Of a stretch of 64,000 bases of DNA, positions 24,097 through 36,194 are shown one piece after another (within the stretch, counting starts at the first letter, position 1; every line of letters starts with the position of its first letter). The translations under genes were made by a program, and so were the position numbers. The notes below the pieces were generated by a model that ran no database searches, was not told the origin of the DNA, and saw only the letters and a program-made list of their open reading frames with translations. This DNA comes from TPA_inf: Saccharomyces (lineage: Eukaryota), in assembly GCA_000146045.2 (NCBI GenBank), contig BK006936.2:512001-576000 (forward strand), read 5' to 3'.

Positions 24097-24574
24097 TCTT
24101 AGTGCATCTTGTTACCTCAATTTCGAACGGAAGCGTGCGTGCTCTGAGTTTTTTGACACATGCCAGAAGAAACGTTATATATTTTGCATACAACGCCGCC
24201 CAGCATTAGAAGCACAACTCTCGTTCGTTATTCCTGTAAATAAAGTTATATGTATTCGAATATTGCTCAGTTAGTATTTTCTTCTACTTACTGCACATAA
24301 TACTTCATCTTTTTTTTCCTCTCACCCGCAAAGCAAAGGGGCCTTGCAGCAATGACTCAAATTCCATTGGAAAAAAGAAGGAGATGATAAGATGCAAATC
24401 AGAATAGATTTTACTATGACCGTTACATGTAAAAAGAGTCATAATATAAACCATAAATACTACAAATAACACCGGGTTCAGGCATATAAATAAACTATTC
24501 TCCTGTAATATCCCACAATATTTTGTTATAACCCAGACGTAATAGCCTCAAGCGAGCATCCCTAAATTTCTGCC

Positions 24575-25465
24575 ATGAAGCTGATCCCAATTATTTTGAA
24601 TGCTAAGAATCTCAGTGGGATGGCTGGATCCATATCAATATGCTGTTGGATTGTTGTGTTTGTACCACAGATTTATGAAAACTTCCGAAGACAGTCTGCG
24701 GAGGGATTATCACTGCTTTTCATTGTGTTGTGGCTATTAGGTGATATATTTAACGTCATGGGAGCTATGATGCAAAATTTACTCCCAACCATGATAATTT
24801 TAGCTGCTTACTATACATTGGCAGATTTAATTTTGTTAATACAGTGCATGTGGTATGACAAGGAGAAGAAGAGCATTTTACAAGAAGTCAAGAAAAATGT
24901 TGATCCTGTGCATTTGCCTCCAGCAAACCCCATAAATGAGACTGTCTTACAAGACGTTTTTAATGAATATGAGCCACTTTTGCCAAGGATAGAAGAAGAA
25001 GATAGCCAATCGTATAGCTCGCTTGAGCTTGGCAGAACAATAGTCGTAAAGGAAAGAGAGAATTTTTTCAATGACTTCTTAATTGTTTCAGGTGTACTTA
25101 TTGCCGGAATTTTGTCATGGTATATATCTTACTGTTCCGGCCTAGATAACGGTATTCCTAAAAAAAAACCTGCGTTCGAACAGATTAATTTACCTGCACA
25201 AATTTTAGGGTATTTAAGTGCGATACTGTACTTGGGCTCTAGGATCCCTCAGATTGTTCTTAACTTCAAAAGAAAATCATGCGAAGGAGTCTCATTCCTA
25301 TTCTTTTTATTTGCATGCTTAGGGAACACTTCTTTCATAATCTCAGTGCTCTCAGCATCTTGGCTTATCGGTAGCGCTGGTACGCTGTTGATGGACTTCA
25401 CAGTTTTTATTCAATTTTTCCTTTACGCCAAACCTAAATACGAGAAAATACTAATAGATAATTAA
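24575..25465 (+). CDS. RTC2: PQ-loop, seven-TM vacuolar transporter-like protein.
   Basis: There are two PQ-loop repeats (VPQIYENFRRQS and IPQIVLNFKRKS) and multiple TM helices. At 296 aa it matches YBR147W. Confidence 0.85.
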   Translation: MKLIPIILNAKNLSGMAGSISICCWIVVFVPQIYENFRRQSAEGLSLLFIVLWLLGDIFNVMGAMMQNLLPTMIILAAYYTLADLILLIQCMWYDKEKKSILQEVKKNVDPVHLPPANPINETVLQDVFNEYEPLLPRIEEEDSQSYSSLELGRTIVVKERENFFNDFLIVSGVLIAGILSWYISYCSGLDNGIPKKKPAFEQINLPAQILGYLSAILYLGSRIPQIVLNFKRKSCEGVSFLFFLFACLGNTSFIISVLSASWLIGSAGTLLMDFTVFIQFFLYAKPKYEKILIDN

Positions 25466-25875
25466 CTAGTTGGCTTCTATTAATCTTTCCACTTAAAACT
25501 CAAACTTACTCATATGCGCATCGGCTATAGCCCAGAACTAGTATTTTCATTTTATGGAGGAAACAAAATTACTAGCGCCATCACGGCTCAGTCGTTATTT
25601 TGGCGATGCCCTTTGCTGACACGCGTCTGAAAAAATACACAAAAAATAACACAAAAACGAGTAATGCCATTTCCTGGGTGGGGTCTCTATCCATAGAGGA
25701 AAAAAAGTGACAGGAAGGGGACAAATTCAACTATTCACTGTAGTCATCTAATAATTTTTTTAACTTAATCACACCAACAAAAACAAAAAAAAGCTAAAAC
25801 TAGGTTGAAGGATTTTAAGAGAAGTTATTGCACCGGTGTATTAACATATATAAGGATACGTACGAACATAACATC

Positions 25876-27705
25876 ATGTCCAGCTTAGCCGATACAGTAG
25901 AGGGTAGCGAGGCCAAACGCGGCAGATTTTCCAACAATGCATTAACCTCCGATACTGGTATTTTACAGAAAAATAGTACATTAAGAAACTGGTTTTTAAA
26001 ACCGACAGCAGACCTAAAAAATAGTTGCGAAGATAGAGTTGAAGATGACGTCAATGATGTCTACTTAAATGACAAAAACTCACAAAAATCTGTTGAAGAA
26101 AGAAAACTAGGAAGAAAAGTTAGATCTTTTTTCAAACAAACAAACTCAAATAAGGACGAGTCTGTGTTGGAAGATGAAGATGATGCGTTAGTTTGGAAGA
26201 AAACTAGCAATAAGTGTGCAAAAAAGGAAAATTCCCATGACATCCAAAAAGGAAGTTTCACAAAAAAAATCAGAAACAGTATTTTCAAGAGTGCAAATGA
26301 CGTGAAAGAATTCAGGAATGAAAATAACTTACTATTGCCCGTTGAACTTTCTTCTGATGATGAGAATGAGTCTCATTTCACTGATGCTAACTCACATGTT
26401 ATGCAATCAAAAAGTCCCGAGAAAATACCTTCCAAGGATCAATGCTTGACTAAAGGCGCTAAGAATAAAGGTCTGAAAAAGGAATATGAAAAAAGTTTTG
26501 AAGAGTATAGCGACGACAGTGACGATGAATTTTCTCCTGCTACTCCACCGGAGAATGTTCTTGAAGGTCCTTACAAATTTGTGTTTCAGACACCAAACAC
26601 ATTTACATCTCAGCCTAATATAACAGTAGAAAATGATTTTCACAAAGGTGGGAGACATGTGATTGACTATCTGAACAAAAAATTGGCTACTATGAACATT
26701 GATATTGATTTGACTTCAGGGGGGAAACAAAACGTATCTTGGGAGGAAGAGCTCGACCAATTGAGCGACCACGTTATAGAAAGTATTACTAACCACATTT
26801 CAAAGGGTAGAATGCACGCACAAGAGAAGCAAGATGAGTTGGAAAAGTTAAAATTGGAGAATTTGAACTTGTCAACATTAAAGCAAGAAAATCTCCAACA
26901 TAAGCAGGAAATTAACTCATTGAAAGACAACCTTGAATCCATTAGTAAAAAAAACAATGATCTTATATTGGAAATGAACAAATTGAAAAAAAAAAGTACG
27001 AATAATAAAACAAATGAGTACATATCTACGGATGAAAACGAAAATGAGGAGATTACCAAATCCAATATGGGTCCTGGCATTTTAGAACTGAACGTCAACG
27101 AAACTTCAAAAAAATTACAGCAATCCACATTCAAACCCTCGAAATATCTTCCAAGAGAAACGAGAAACAATGAAAATAGATTAAAACACTTGGAAAAGAG
27201 AATATTTGGCTTAGAAAAATCTCTTGAAAAAAAAAAAAAACAGGTAAGGGCTGACAGCGTTAGATTAGACTTGAATAGATATACTATCGACCAGTTTTTG
27301 ACATTACTGAAAAGCCTCAGCGAGGTTTTGCAATTCCACAATGTTTATGGCAATGATTTGAAGGAAAACGACGATAATATTATAAAGATTGAAACCTGCT
27401 GTAGTGCGCTAAACATGAAAAATTGTTTCGAAGACTCCTCATTTCGTTTACAAGAAAACAGCTTCAAGAGGCAATTGGGCCCTCTGTTCGCAAACATCAA
27501 CTTCTCCTTAATCGACCAACTGACAATGAACTTCAGGTTCTACGAGAGATCTGCCAATTTCCAGAAGGAAACAATAGGTGGGTTAAGAATGATGCTACAA
27601 GATAAGGATAACTATATCAAAACACTGATGCAACATTTGAAGAAAAAAGAGAGTACAAAGTTGATAAAAGACAGCAAGAATGGCGCCTCCACCTTAACAT
27701 CTTAA
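25876..27705 (+). CDS. YSW1: Sporulation-specific coiled-coil protein, K/E/N-rich.
   Basis: A 609-aa product runs from MSSLADTVEG. The coiled-coil heptad region is ELEKLKLENLNLSTLKQENLQHKQEINSLKDNLE. An upstream in-frame ATG at 25828 would add 16 codons. Confidence 0.8.
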   Translation: MSSLADTVEGSEAKRGRFSNNALTSDTGILQKNSTLRNWFLKPTADLKNSCEDRVEDDVNDVYLNDKNSQKSVEERKLGRKVRSFFKQTNSNKDESVLEDEDDALVWKKTSNKCAKKENSHDIQKGSFTKKIRNSIFKSANDVKEFRNENNLLLPVELSSDDENESHFTDANSHVMQSKSPEKIPSKDQCLTKGAKNKGLKKEYEKSFEEYSDDSDDEFSPATPPENVLEGPYKFVFQTPNTFTSQPNITVENDFHKGGRHVIDYLNKKLATMNIDIDLTSGGKQNVSWEEELDQLSDHVIESITNHISKGRMHAQEKQDELEKLKLENLNLSTLKQENLQHKQEINSLKDNLESISKKNNDLILEMNKLKKKSTNNKTNEYISTDENENEEITKSNMGPGILELNVNETSKKLQQSTFKPSKYLPRETRNNENRLKHLEKRIFGLEKSLEKKKKQVRADSVRLDLNRYTIDQFLTLLKSLSEVLQFHNVYGNDLKENDDNIIKIETCCSALNMKNCFEDSSFRLQENSFKRQLGPLFANINFSLIDQLTMNFRFYERSANFQKETIGGLRMMLQDKDNYIKTLMQHLKKKESTKLIKDSKNGASTLTS

Positions 27706-27986
27706 CAATTTCGTTTACTGAAAATGCTACTAGTATATAATCATTAAGTATCTAACTATCACTCAATAAAAATATTATAGATCGCTTAAAAACTCGTTTA
27801 TTGCCGATTATAAATCCACCAAAAGCCGCTCTACCCTTACCTCCGCCTGGAAAAATTATAATATATAAAGTGAGCCTCGTAATACAGGGGTAAAAAGGAA
27901 AGAGGGGGATATCAAGCATCTGGACTTATTTGCACTATCTCCGCCTTCAATTGATAAAAGCGTCTTGATTTTAATCAACTGCTATC

Positions 27987-29021
27987 ATGTCTTCTTCAGT
28001 AGCCTCAACCGAAAACATAGTCGAAAATATGTTGCATCCAAAGACTACAGAAATATACTTTTCACTCAACAATGGTGTTCGTATCCCAGCACTGGGTTTG
28101 GGGACAGCAAATCCTCACGAAAAGTTAGCTGAAACAAAACAAGCCGTAAAAGCTGCAATCAAAGCTGGATACAGGCACATTGATACTGCTTGGGCCTACG
28201 AGACAGAGCCATTCGTAGGTGAAGCCATCAAGGAGTTATTAGAAGATGGATCTATCAAAAGGGAGGATCTTTTCATAACCACAAAAGTGTGGCCGGTTCT
28301 ATGGGACGAAGTGGACAGATCATTGAATGAATCTTTGAAAGCTTTAGGCTTGGAATACGTCGACTTGCTCTTGCAACATTGGCCGCTATGTTTTGAAAAG
28401 ATTAAGGACCCTAAGGGGATCAGCGGACTGGTGAAGACTCCGGTTGATGATTCTGGAAAAACAATGTATGCTGCCGACGGTGACTATTTAGAAACTTACA
28501 AGCAATTGGAAAAAATTTACCTTGATCCTAACGATCATCGTGTGAGAGCCATTGGTGTCTCAAATTTTTCCATTGAGTATTTGGAACGTCTCATTAAGGA
28601 ATGCAGAGTTAAGCCAACGGTGAACCAAGTGGAAACTCACCCTCACTTACCACAAATGGAACTAAGAAAGTTCTGCTTTATGCACGACATTCTGTTAACA
28701 GCATACTCACCATTAGGTTCCCATGGCGCACCAAACTTGAAAATCCCACTAGTGAAAAAGCTTGCCGAAAAGTACAATGTCACAGGAAATGACTTGCTAA
28801 TTTCTTACCATATTAGACAAGGCACTATCGTAATTCCGAGATCCTTGAATCCAGTTAGGATTTCCTCGAGTATTGAATTCGCATCTTTGACAAAGGATGA
28901 ATTACAAGAGTTGAACGACTTCGGTGAAAAATACCCAGTGAGATTCATCGATGAGCCATTTGCAGCCATCCTTCCAGAGTTTACTGGTAACGGACCAAAC
29001 TTGGACAATTTAAAGTATTAA
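27987..29021 (+). CDS. ARA1: NADP-dependent aldo-keto reductase (arabinose dehydrogenase).
   Basis: The AKR family fold is recognisable: a GYRHIDTAW active-site region, and LQHWP in a position resembling the AKR IxxHxP motif. At 344 aa it matches YBR149W. Confidence 0.88.
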
Positions 29022-29208
29022 GACAACGACTTTATTTTCACTTTATTTAGTTCGCTTCTTAATCTTGTCAAAAACAAGATATTGTGTAATCGCCTCAAGT
29101 AAACAATATGTTTTTCATACGTGATTTGAAGTTTTTAAGTATCTGAAATACATACGCGCGCGTATGCATATGTATTAGTTAAATTACTCGAATGTCCTTT
29201 ATATAATA

Positions 29209-29458
29209 TTACATTTTTACACACACATTCTTGAAGAAGAAATCCCGATCGTAAAAAAAAACACCGTGCTCCAAATGGCCTTCAATCTTTTCGAATAATT
29301 TATTCGATTGTTCATTCTCATCTCTATAATCATTCGCCGTACGTTCAGGATATGACGCATCAAGCAGCGAAGCTAAACCTGTTGGAAATAAAGATCTGTC
29401 ATAGTCATCGTCTTCTTCATCATCATCAGCACCATTATTACTATAATCATCATCATTG

Positions 29459-29522
<64 letters not shown>

Positions 29523-29605
29523 TAATATTGTTGTCATTGTCATTATTGTTACTGTTACTGTAGTTATTGTTATTATTATTAATAGTACTACTACTATTAT
29601 TGCCA

Positions 29606-29639
<34 letters not shown>

Positions 29640-32493
29640 CGTCAGTATCATCAGCGCCAGTAGTCTCGTTATTATCAGTATTGGTACCATTACTATGATG
29701 ATATTCCTCGCCTGGCTCAAGAGTTTTATTTTCCCACAATTTCGGAATGCTTGAAAATTGCAAGAAGTTCAAATCCTGGATTGTTATTTCATTGAAAATA
29801 TTGAAGGACACTTCCATTTTTTCTTGGTCCTCTGTAACGAAACTACCAAATGCAGCCATCTTCTCTTTATTTATGAACGAAGTTTTCAAGAGCTCGACCA
29901 TATCATCTTTTGATTCTCTCGTATGCTTAACTAACCTATTGAGAACACCCTCATAATAATTTGAATCAAAGGCATAGAATTTTGCGTATTTACTTGTCAG
30001 ATTGAACTTTTCCATCGTACTCCGTAGAAAAAAAGTGTAAAAAAAAAGAGATGTTTGCCACTTCAGATTGTGTACTGAAAGACAGCGTTCTTCAGATCCA
30101 AGCATACGGGTATGTGTATCCCTCAATAATCCAATTATATAACCAGTCTCCATGGCATGTTCGTCATTAACCATAATCTCTGACAAATACAGAAACATGG
30201 AAAAAACCGTTGTGAGAGAAAAATACAGAAACTCATTCTGAACAGTAGGGTAGTATTCAAAATCTTTCAAAATATTAAGTACTTCGATGCAATTTCGCTT
30301 GAAATCCAATCTTGACCTTCTAATAATTTCAGCTATATCATGCCGGGAACTTTCCCGTTGATCTAAGTTATCTCCAATGATGGATATGACAAATAAACTC
30401 AGGGTTATCTTTTGATGGTACCATCTGAGGTGTAATAGAATAGTAGTACAACAACTCACTTCAAAATCTAACTTCGAAGAATCCAAAGATAAAATCCTCA
30501 TGTTTTCCTTGTAATTTTCTAATGATAATATGGTGGGCAAATCGTCTCGCATTCTATCTAACGCCTTTTGATTTTCCAGTACATTTTCAATGATTTCATC
30601 TAGTGTATCGTCTAAAGTTGTTCTGATGGAAAAACATGAGTAATATATTTGAGACTCTATGAGGGATAATCTCGACAAAAAATATGATTGAATGTATGGT
30701 ACATATTCAAGGTGATTCGCGAGTAAGTTTACAACGGATACAATATCTTTCACCCCTTCTAGTTTTGAATCATCGTATTTTATAGAAAGATTGGGCAGAA
30801 TTTTATCTCTGAATAGTTCAACATAGCTTTCATCTGTTAATACATCAGTGTTTTCCTCCTTGAGAAAGGGCGGTCTTGACAACACCACAGAAAAGAATTT
30901 GTCTGTTGAAAAACAATAACACCACAAGCGTCTTCTTTTAATGATTTCATCAAGTTCTAGATCCTCATAGGTGGAATGTAAATTGAGCCGTAAATCCAAA
31001 GCCACTTTGATAGCAACGGATAGTACTTTGACCGCTGATGAAGCACTTATTTTTTGTTGGGCAAACTTTGCCAGTAACAGTAATGCCTTTAATGCCGTCA
31101 TATCTGCGCGTGCTACAGACAGTTTATGGTAGTAATAGACAGAATTGAGAAAAGTGAAAGATCTGAGTCTCCATAATTCGAACTTCTCAAAATAATAGGT
31201 TTCATGATTATCTTCATCAACTAGCTCCTGCTTCTCCTCAAAATTTGTAACGGTGGCCCCAAGGCAGAGGCAGATATTTAGCAAAAATGCCTGTGATGAT
31301 GTCAATCTTCCTTTAGCAGGATCAAAGTGCACGTCGGCAAATTGCAAACATTGATCTACATCCACTATGTGGAGAAGAGAGGCTAATGATGGACATTTTA
31401 TATTTTTGAGCAAACGCTTTGCAATTGCTAAACGGGGCAGAGGATACAAAATATTATCACTAGATGGTGATGATGCGGATCGGAAAGAGAAGTCCAGGAC
31501 CAGCTTGGTCTGTAAAATAGAATATTTGAAAGTAGTAGTAAACATTTCATTAATGGGCGAAAGAAATTCTTCGTCAGTTAAATGTGATAAAACATTTTGT
31601 CGAAAATGAAACATTTTTTGTTTTGTTAACAAGGCCTTTGAATATTGCTTTCTTTTAGGCCTTTTCATGTATTCTTTATCAATGACGTCAATTTTGCTTT
31701 TTTCAGCTAGCTTCTCTATTGTTCCCTTCATGTTTTTACAAATCTCTTCCAAAACAAAAACTTTCCCAGCAACCTTCGTATGGTTGAGTTCAATTTTTTC
31801 AAGCACTGTCCTGTCAATAGGAACAAAGTCAGGCCAAGTATCTTCTTTATCGCTTGCACTTTTGCCGGCAGAAACTCCAATATATTCTTGTGATAAGTTG
31901 GTGTGTAATTTCGGCGAGCTGTCTGTAGAAGAAGTATTTCTTGATCGCACGGCGATATCAAAATTTTCATCCTTGAACTTATTCTCCTTATCCAACCTCG
32001 GCTTCTTAACCGACTTCCCATTTCCCTTGTTATTCAAAGCTTCTTCTCGCCTTCTTTTCAGTTCTTCATGGAAATGAAACGTGCAATCTTTATTATACTT
32101 GATACAGTTTCTACATTTACCAGAAATCGGCTCGATTTCCGTACATCTAATCTTCCTCTTCCGACAATAATCACATGCTTTAGTCACTCTACTTTTGAAA
32201 GACTCCATGTTATATGCCAGAAAATTCTTATCAGCAGGCATCATATGAGCTAATGGGTGATGTCTTAAACGGTGATCCGGAAAAGGGCTCAACTGAGGCG
32301 ACATTATTGTACCAGTTGGAACAGGCGGAAAATTTGATGGTACTGGAGGCATCGCAGGGACAGCGGGGCCCATTAAAACTCTTGTATTTTCGACTCTTTG
32401 ATTATGTTTCTGGTTAGCTGCCCACTCAGAACTTTGCTTTTGTGTCTTATCCATGCTTCCATGACTACTTGTAATACCAGAATCCATATTCAT
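29209..32493 (-). CDS. TBS1: Zn2Cys6 binuclear-cluster transcription factor with very long poly-Asp and poly-Asn tracts.
   Basis: The cluster [31 protein letters not shown] is present, followed by the fungal TF middle homology region. At 1094 aa it matches YBR150C. Confidence 0.9.
29446..29521. repeat. (ATC)n / (GAT)n trinucleotide microsatellite of about 25 units with one interruption, including a pure run of 20 units at 29461-29520. On the minus strand, inside TBS1, it encodes poly-Asp.
   Basis: The run is read directly from the sequence. The translation gives ...[26 protein letters not shown]. Confidence 0.95.
29611..29640. repeat. (ATT)n / (AAT)n microsatellite of about 10 units, encoding poly-Asn in TBS1.
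   Basis: The sequence attattattattattattattattattatc is read directly. The protein has NNNNNNNNNN(K)NGNN. Confidence 0.9.
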
Positions 32494-32748
32494 TCACACA
32501 ACTCCTGCTGGGCTTGTAATCATTGTTAACTTAAAAAAGAGTAGTCGTAATATAAAGTTTACTCTATTTTAAGTAGACTTTGGGCAGTGGCTGAAAATAG
32601 GCATGATAAATCAACATTTTCTGGCGGAGTAGGGTCAAAATGAAAATGTGGACCCTTTAGGGTATTATAAATATTTTTTAAAGGGCAATTTGAACTTTTT
32701 AGGTGCAAAGAAAATTCTGAAGGTATAAAAAAGAGGGTTCACCGGTGC

Positions 32749-32784
32749 TGCGGAAATAAAAGCGGAAATAAAGATGGAAATAAG
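32749..32784 (+). repeat. Three tandem copies of a 12-bp unit (GCGGAAATAAAA / GCGGAAATAAA / GATGGAAATAAG) in the TBS1-APD1 divergent promoter.
   Basis: Read directly from the sequence. Confidence 0.8.
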
Positions 32785-33027
32785 GGCTAAAAGTTTCTTA
32801 AAACAAGTGCAAGGAGAGGGAGAGTTCCACTCTTGGCGCTGATGATATCTTCTATTTATATTGTTGAGATCATATGATGATAACGCAAAGTTGAAATTCT
32901 AACCGAATAGTAGTATAACATACTGGTTTTCTTTCTGTTCGAGGTATAAGAAAAGAAAGTACTTGGCTATATTCGGAGGAGGCAAGAAGGCGGCCAAGAG
33001 AGAGATATCTTCTTTGTCCTTTGAATT

Positions 33028-33978
33028 ATGGCTTTTTTGAATATTTTCAAGCAAAAACGTGGTGATGAAGCTTCACAACTGAGCGCAAAGGGACGGGAGG
33101 AAATTTCTCAATCGATTAAGATATGCAAAAGTGACGATGCTGCTAACGAACATAGCTGCTCTGGTGATTGCAAAACAGAAATTGAAGAAGGAGAGCAGGC
33201 CTTTGCGAAACTAAAGATCGAACATGAAACTCCTTTGTTGAACTCTTCTAAAACGCCAAAAATTCACTTCGTTGTCCCCACCTCTCAAATCGATTGGCAG
33301 CATGATGCCTGCCTCGAGGACCCAAAGTCAGTACAGTATAAAATTTCCCAGTGGTGTGATAAGAATTCAGCTAAATTTTCCAACGTGGGCACAGGCAAGA
33401 CACTAAACTGTGCAGTTTCATCTTTACCTAAAGATATCATGGATATTGATGTTATGCGGGGAACCAAGAATAATGTACTTATTTTGCCTTACTTCATTTG
33501 GCTGAACGACCTTAGATCAGATGACGTCGAAGCAACGCTGGATGGTTTAGTTCCTGACTTATTAGACGAGAATATTTCAAGAGAGAAATTGCTAGAAACA
33601 CGACCAAATGTTGCCGTTGCACGTGAACGTGCATTTGTATTTATATGTTCACATACTACGAGGGATAAACGATGCGGGATTACGGCACCCTATTTAAAGA
33701 AAGTTTTTGACAGTAAATTACAGGAACATGGGCTGTATAGGGACAATTCGGATTACAGGGCAGAGGGTGTCAAAATTGCATTTGTTAATCATGTTGGTGG
33801 TCACAAATTTGCTGCAAATGTTCAAATTTATTTACGAAATCCAAATACCTTAATTTGGTTGGGAAGAGTAACTCCAACCATAGTTCCTTCTATTGTCGAA
33901 CATCTGATTGTTCCTGAAGAACCAACGTTGCCGTTTCCCGAAAAAGTTCGCTGTATTAAGAAATATCAAAGCTGGTAA
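33028..33978 (+). CDS. APD1: Thioredoxin-like ferredoxin-family protein (Apd1).
   Basis: At 316 aa it matches YBR151W. It has the C-terminal Cys and His ligand region (CSHTTRDKRCG ... HVGGHKFAANV). Confidence 0.8.
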   Translation: MAFLNIFKQKRGDEASQLSAKGREEISQSIKICKSDDAANEHSCSGDCKTEIEEGEQAFAKLKIEHETPLLNSSKTPKIHFVVPTSQIDWQHDACLEDPKSVQYKISQWCDKNSAKFSNVGTGKTLNCAVSSLPKDIMDIDVMRGTKNNVLILPYFIWLNDLRSDDVEATLDGLVPDLLDENISREKLLETRPNVAVARERAFVFICSHTTRDKRCGITAPYLKKVFDSKLQEHGLYRDNSDYRAEGVKIAFVNHVGGHKFAANVQIYLRNPNTLIWLGRVTPTIVPSIVEHLIVPEEPTLPFPEKVRCIKKYQSW

Positions 33979-34375
33979 AGGTTGGCCAGCAAAATACAAT
34001 CTTTTGACGCCATAAAATTTGCCATCAGAGTAGCTTTTAAATGTACATAGTTCTAAAGCACGCATATATATTTATAACGCTAAGATGATAATGAAAAGTT
34101 TTATTTGCAAAAGGGATCCTGTATTTCAACTTTCCATACATGAAAGATTCTTTGGCCATTTTCTTAATCCATTTCATATTTTCATCTGATTTTTTTTCTG
34201 TTTTCCACTTGCTGCTCATTATTTCATTTTATAATTTTTGCAAACATGCAATATTTCGCCATATATTGAGAAAAGCAATTCTTCGTTGTTCCCAGTAAAG
34301 AAAGAACAAATGCAGATTTCTACCGCCACCGCTAGATTAAGAATTTTTTTTGGTTACTGATTTGAATCACATACG

Positions 34376-35251
34376 ATGAGTTTTAGACATTTCAAGAGGA
34401 GACTTGACACAAGCTCAGCAGATGAAAGCTCTTCGGCGGATGAAGAGCATCCAGACCAAAACGTATCTCTAACAGAAAAATCAGCCTCATTAAGCCATAG
34501 TGATTTGGGCGGCGAAATTTTAAATGGTACAGGAAAGAACCGCACCCCCAATGATGGCCAAGAATCAAATGAAAGTGATGGGAGTCCCGAAAGTGATGAG
34601 AGTCCCGAAAGTGAAGAAAGTAGCGACAACAGTGATTCGAGCGATAGTGACGATATGAGACCTTTACCGAGGCCATTATTTATGAAGAAAAAGGCCAATA
34701 ATTTGCAGAAAGCTACCAAGATAGATCAACCCTGGAATGCCCAAGATGACGCACGAGTTCTGCAAACAAAGAAGGAAAATATGATAAAAAACATCGACAA
34801 AGCTAATCAAGTGGCAAAGAACTACGAAACGATGAAGCTGAGACTTAACACCAATTACAGCACCAACGAAGAATTGATCAAGCAGTGCTTGCTCTTAGAT
34901 GATAACGATGAAGTCGATTCAGAAAAGGAGAGACAGAAATGGTTTGAAAGGCAGAACGAACGAAAGCAAAAGCATAGAAGAATACAACTTGCGAAACAAA
35001 GAGAATCAGAAGAATATGAGGCAAAACGATTTGAAGCGATGCAAAAAGGCAAAGATGGGAATACCAAATACGACGTTATCTTGGACAAGGAGAAAGAGAA
35101 ACTTGATCACAAAAAACAAAGATCGGCTGAAAAAGTAGAAAAATCTCACAATAACAACCGTTACAAGATTACAAGAACTAAAAATGTTGAATTTGGTGAC
35201 CTAGGCAAGAATAGTAGAGATTACGAAGAAACTGAATATTCGGTTATATAA
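34376..35251 (+). CDS. SPP381: U4/U6.U5 tri-snRNP protein, acidic and Ser-rich.
   Basis: At 291 aa it matches YBR152W. It contains an acidic SPESDESPESEESSDNSDSSDSDD repeat region. Confidence 0.82.
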   Translation: MSFRHFKRRLDTSSADESSSADEEHPDQNVSLTEKSASLSHSDLGGEILNGTGKNRTPNDGQESNESDGSPESDESPESEESSDNSDSSDSDDMRPLPRPLFMKKKANNLQKATKIDQPWNAQDDARVLQTKKENMIKNIDKANQVAKNYETMKLRLNTNYSTNEELIKQCLLLDDNDEVDSEKERQKWFERQNERKQKHRRIQLAKQRESEEYEAKRFEAMQKGKDGNTKYDVILDKEKEKLDHKKQRSAEKVEKSHNNNRYKITRTKNVEFGDLGKNSRDYEETEYSVI

Positions 35252-35459
35252 CACCGCATCACACACACAAACCCACATGCCTTTCAGTTAGTTGATGTCG
35301 GGAAAATCCCGAAACAGAAAAAAGAGGCAAAGATGAAGATATCAAATTTTTTCGCAGAACCATTACATCTGGCTTTGGATACGATGAAACAATCTAGCAG
35401 AAATACAGTACCAACCTATTGGTAGCTTCTTTGTATTACTATCAACATTTTTAGAAGAT

Positions 35460-36194
35460 ATGTCTTTGACACCACTGTGTGAAGATTTACCACAATTTCT
35501 GCAAAACTATCTACCGAATGCTGGTCAAACGGAAAATACCATTGTGCCCTTTGTCACACTAACTTATGCTCAATCGCTCGACGCGAGAGTATCTAGGGGC
35601 CCTGGAGTGAGGACTACAATTTCACATCCCGAGACCAAAACAATGACGCATTATTTGAGACATCATCACGATGGAATACTCGTAGGAAGTGGAACAGTGC
35701 TAGCTGATAATCCTGGATTGAATTGTAAATGGGGTCCCGATCCGGCTGCAAATTCCCCAAGGCCAATAATAATAGATACAAAGCAAAAGTGGCGATTTGA
35801 TGGTTCAAAAATGCAAGAACTTTTTATTAAACGACAGGGTAAGCCGCCAATCGTTGTTGTCACAAGTGAGCCCATTATAAAAGAACAACATGTAGACTAC
35901 GCAATTTGTCCAATAAATGATACTACGAAATTGGTCGATTGGAAGAAATTGTTTGAGATATTAAAAGAAGAATTCAATATAAGGTCAGTAATGGTTGAAG
36001 GAGGTGCCAATGTAATAAATCAGTTGTTGCTGAGGAGCGATATTGTCAACAGTCTTATAATAACTATTGGATCAACATTTCTGGGTAGCTCAGGCACCGA
36101 AGTTAGCCCACCCCAAACAGTAAATTTAAAGGATATGTCATGGTGGAAGGGCATTACCGATGTGGTGCTTTGTGCGAGACTGGCCGATGACTAA
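35460..36194 (+). CDS. RIB7: Riboflavin biosynthesis enzyme, diaminohydroxyphosphoribosylaminopyrimidine reductase (RibD C-terminal-type reductase).
   Basis: The dihydrofolate-reductase-like reductase fold is recognisable (ILVGSGTVLADNPGL, VEGGANV). At 244 aa it matches YBR153W. Confidence 0.85.
   Translation: MSLTPLCEDLPQFLQNYLPNAGQTENTIVPFVTLTYAQSLDARVSRGPGVRTTISHPETKTMTHYLRHHHDGILVGSGTVLADNPGLNCKWGPDPAANSPRPIIIDTKQKWRFDGSKMQELFIKRQGKPPIVVVTSEPIIKEQHVDYAICPINDTTKLVDWKKLFEILKEEFNIRSVMVEGGANVINQLLLRSDIVNSLIITIGSTFLGSSGTEVSPPQTVNLKDMSWWKGITDVVLCARLADD

Noticed and set aside
26667-27341. 224-aa minus-strand ORF antisense to YSW1
   Set aside because: The F/S/L-rich translation is typical of the reverse complement of a K/E/N-rich coding region and has no domain. 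It lies entirely within a recognised gene, so a chance open frame is the simplest explanation.
29373-29720. 115-aa ORF encoding a long poly-Met / poly-Ile protein
   Set aside because: It is an alternative reading frame of the (ATC)n and (ATT)n microsatellites inside TBS1 and is an artefact of the repeat.
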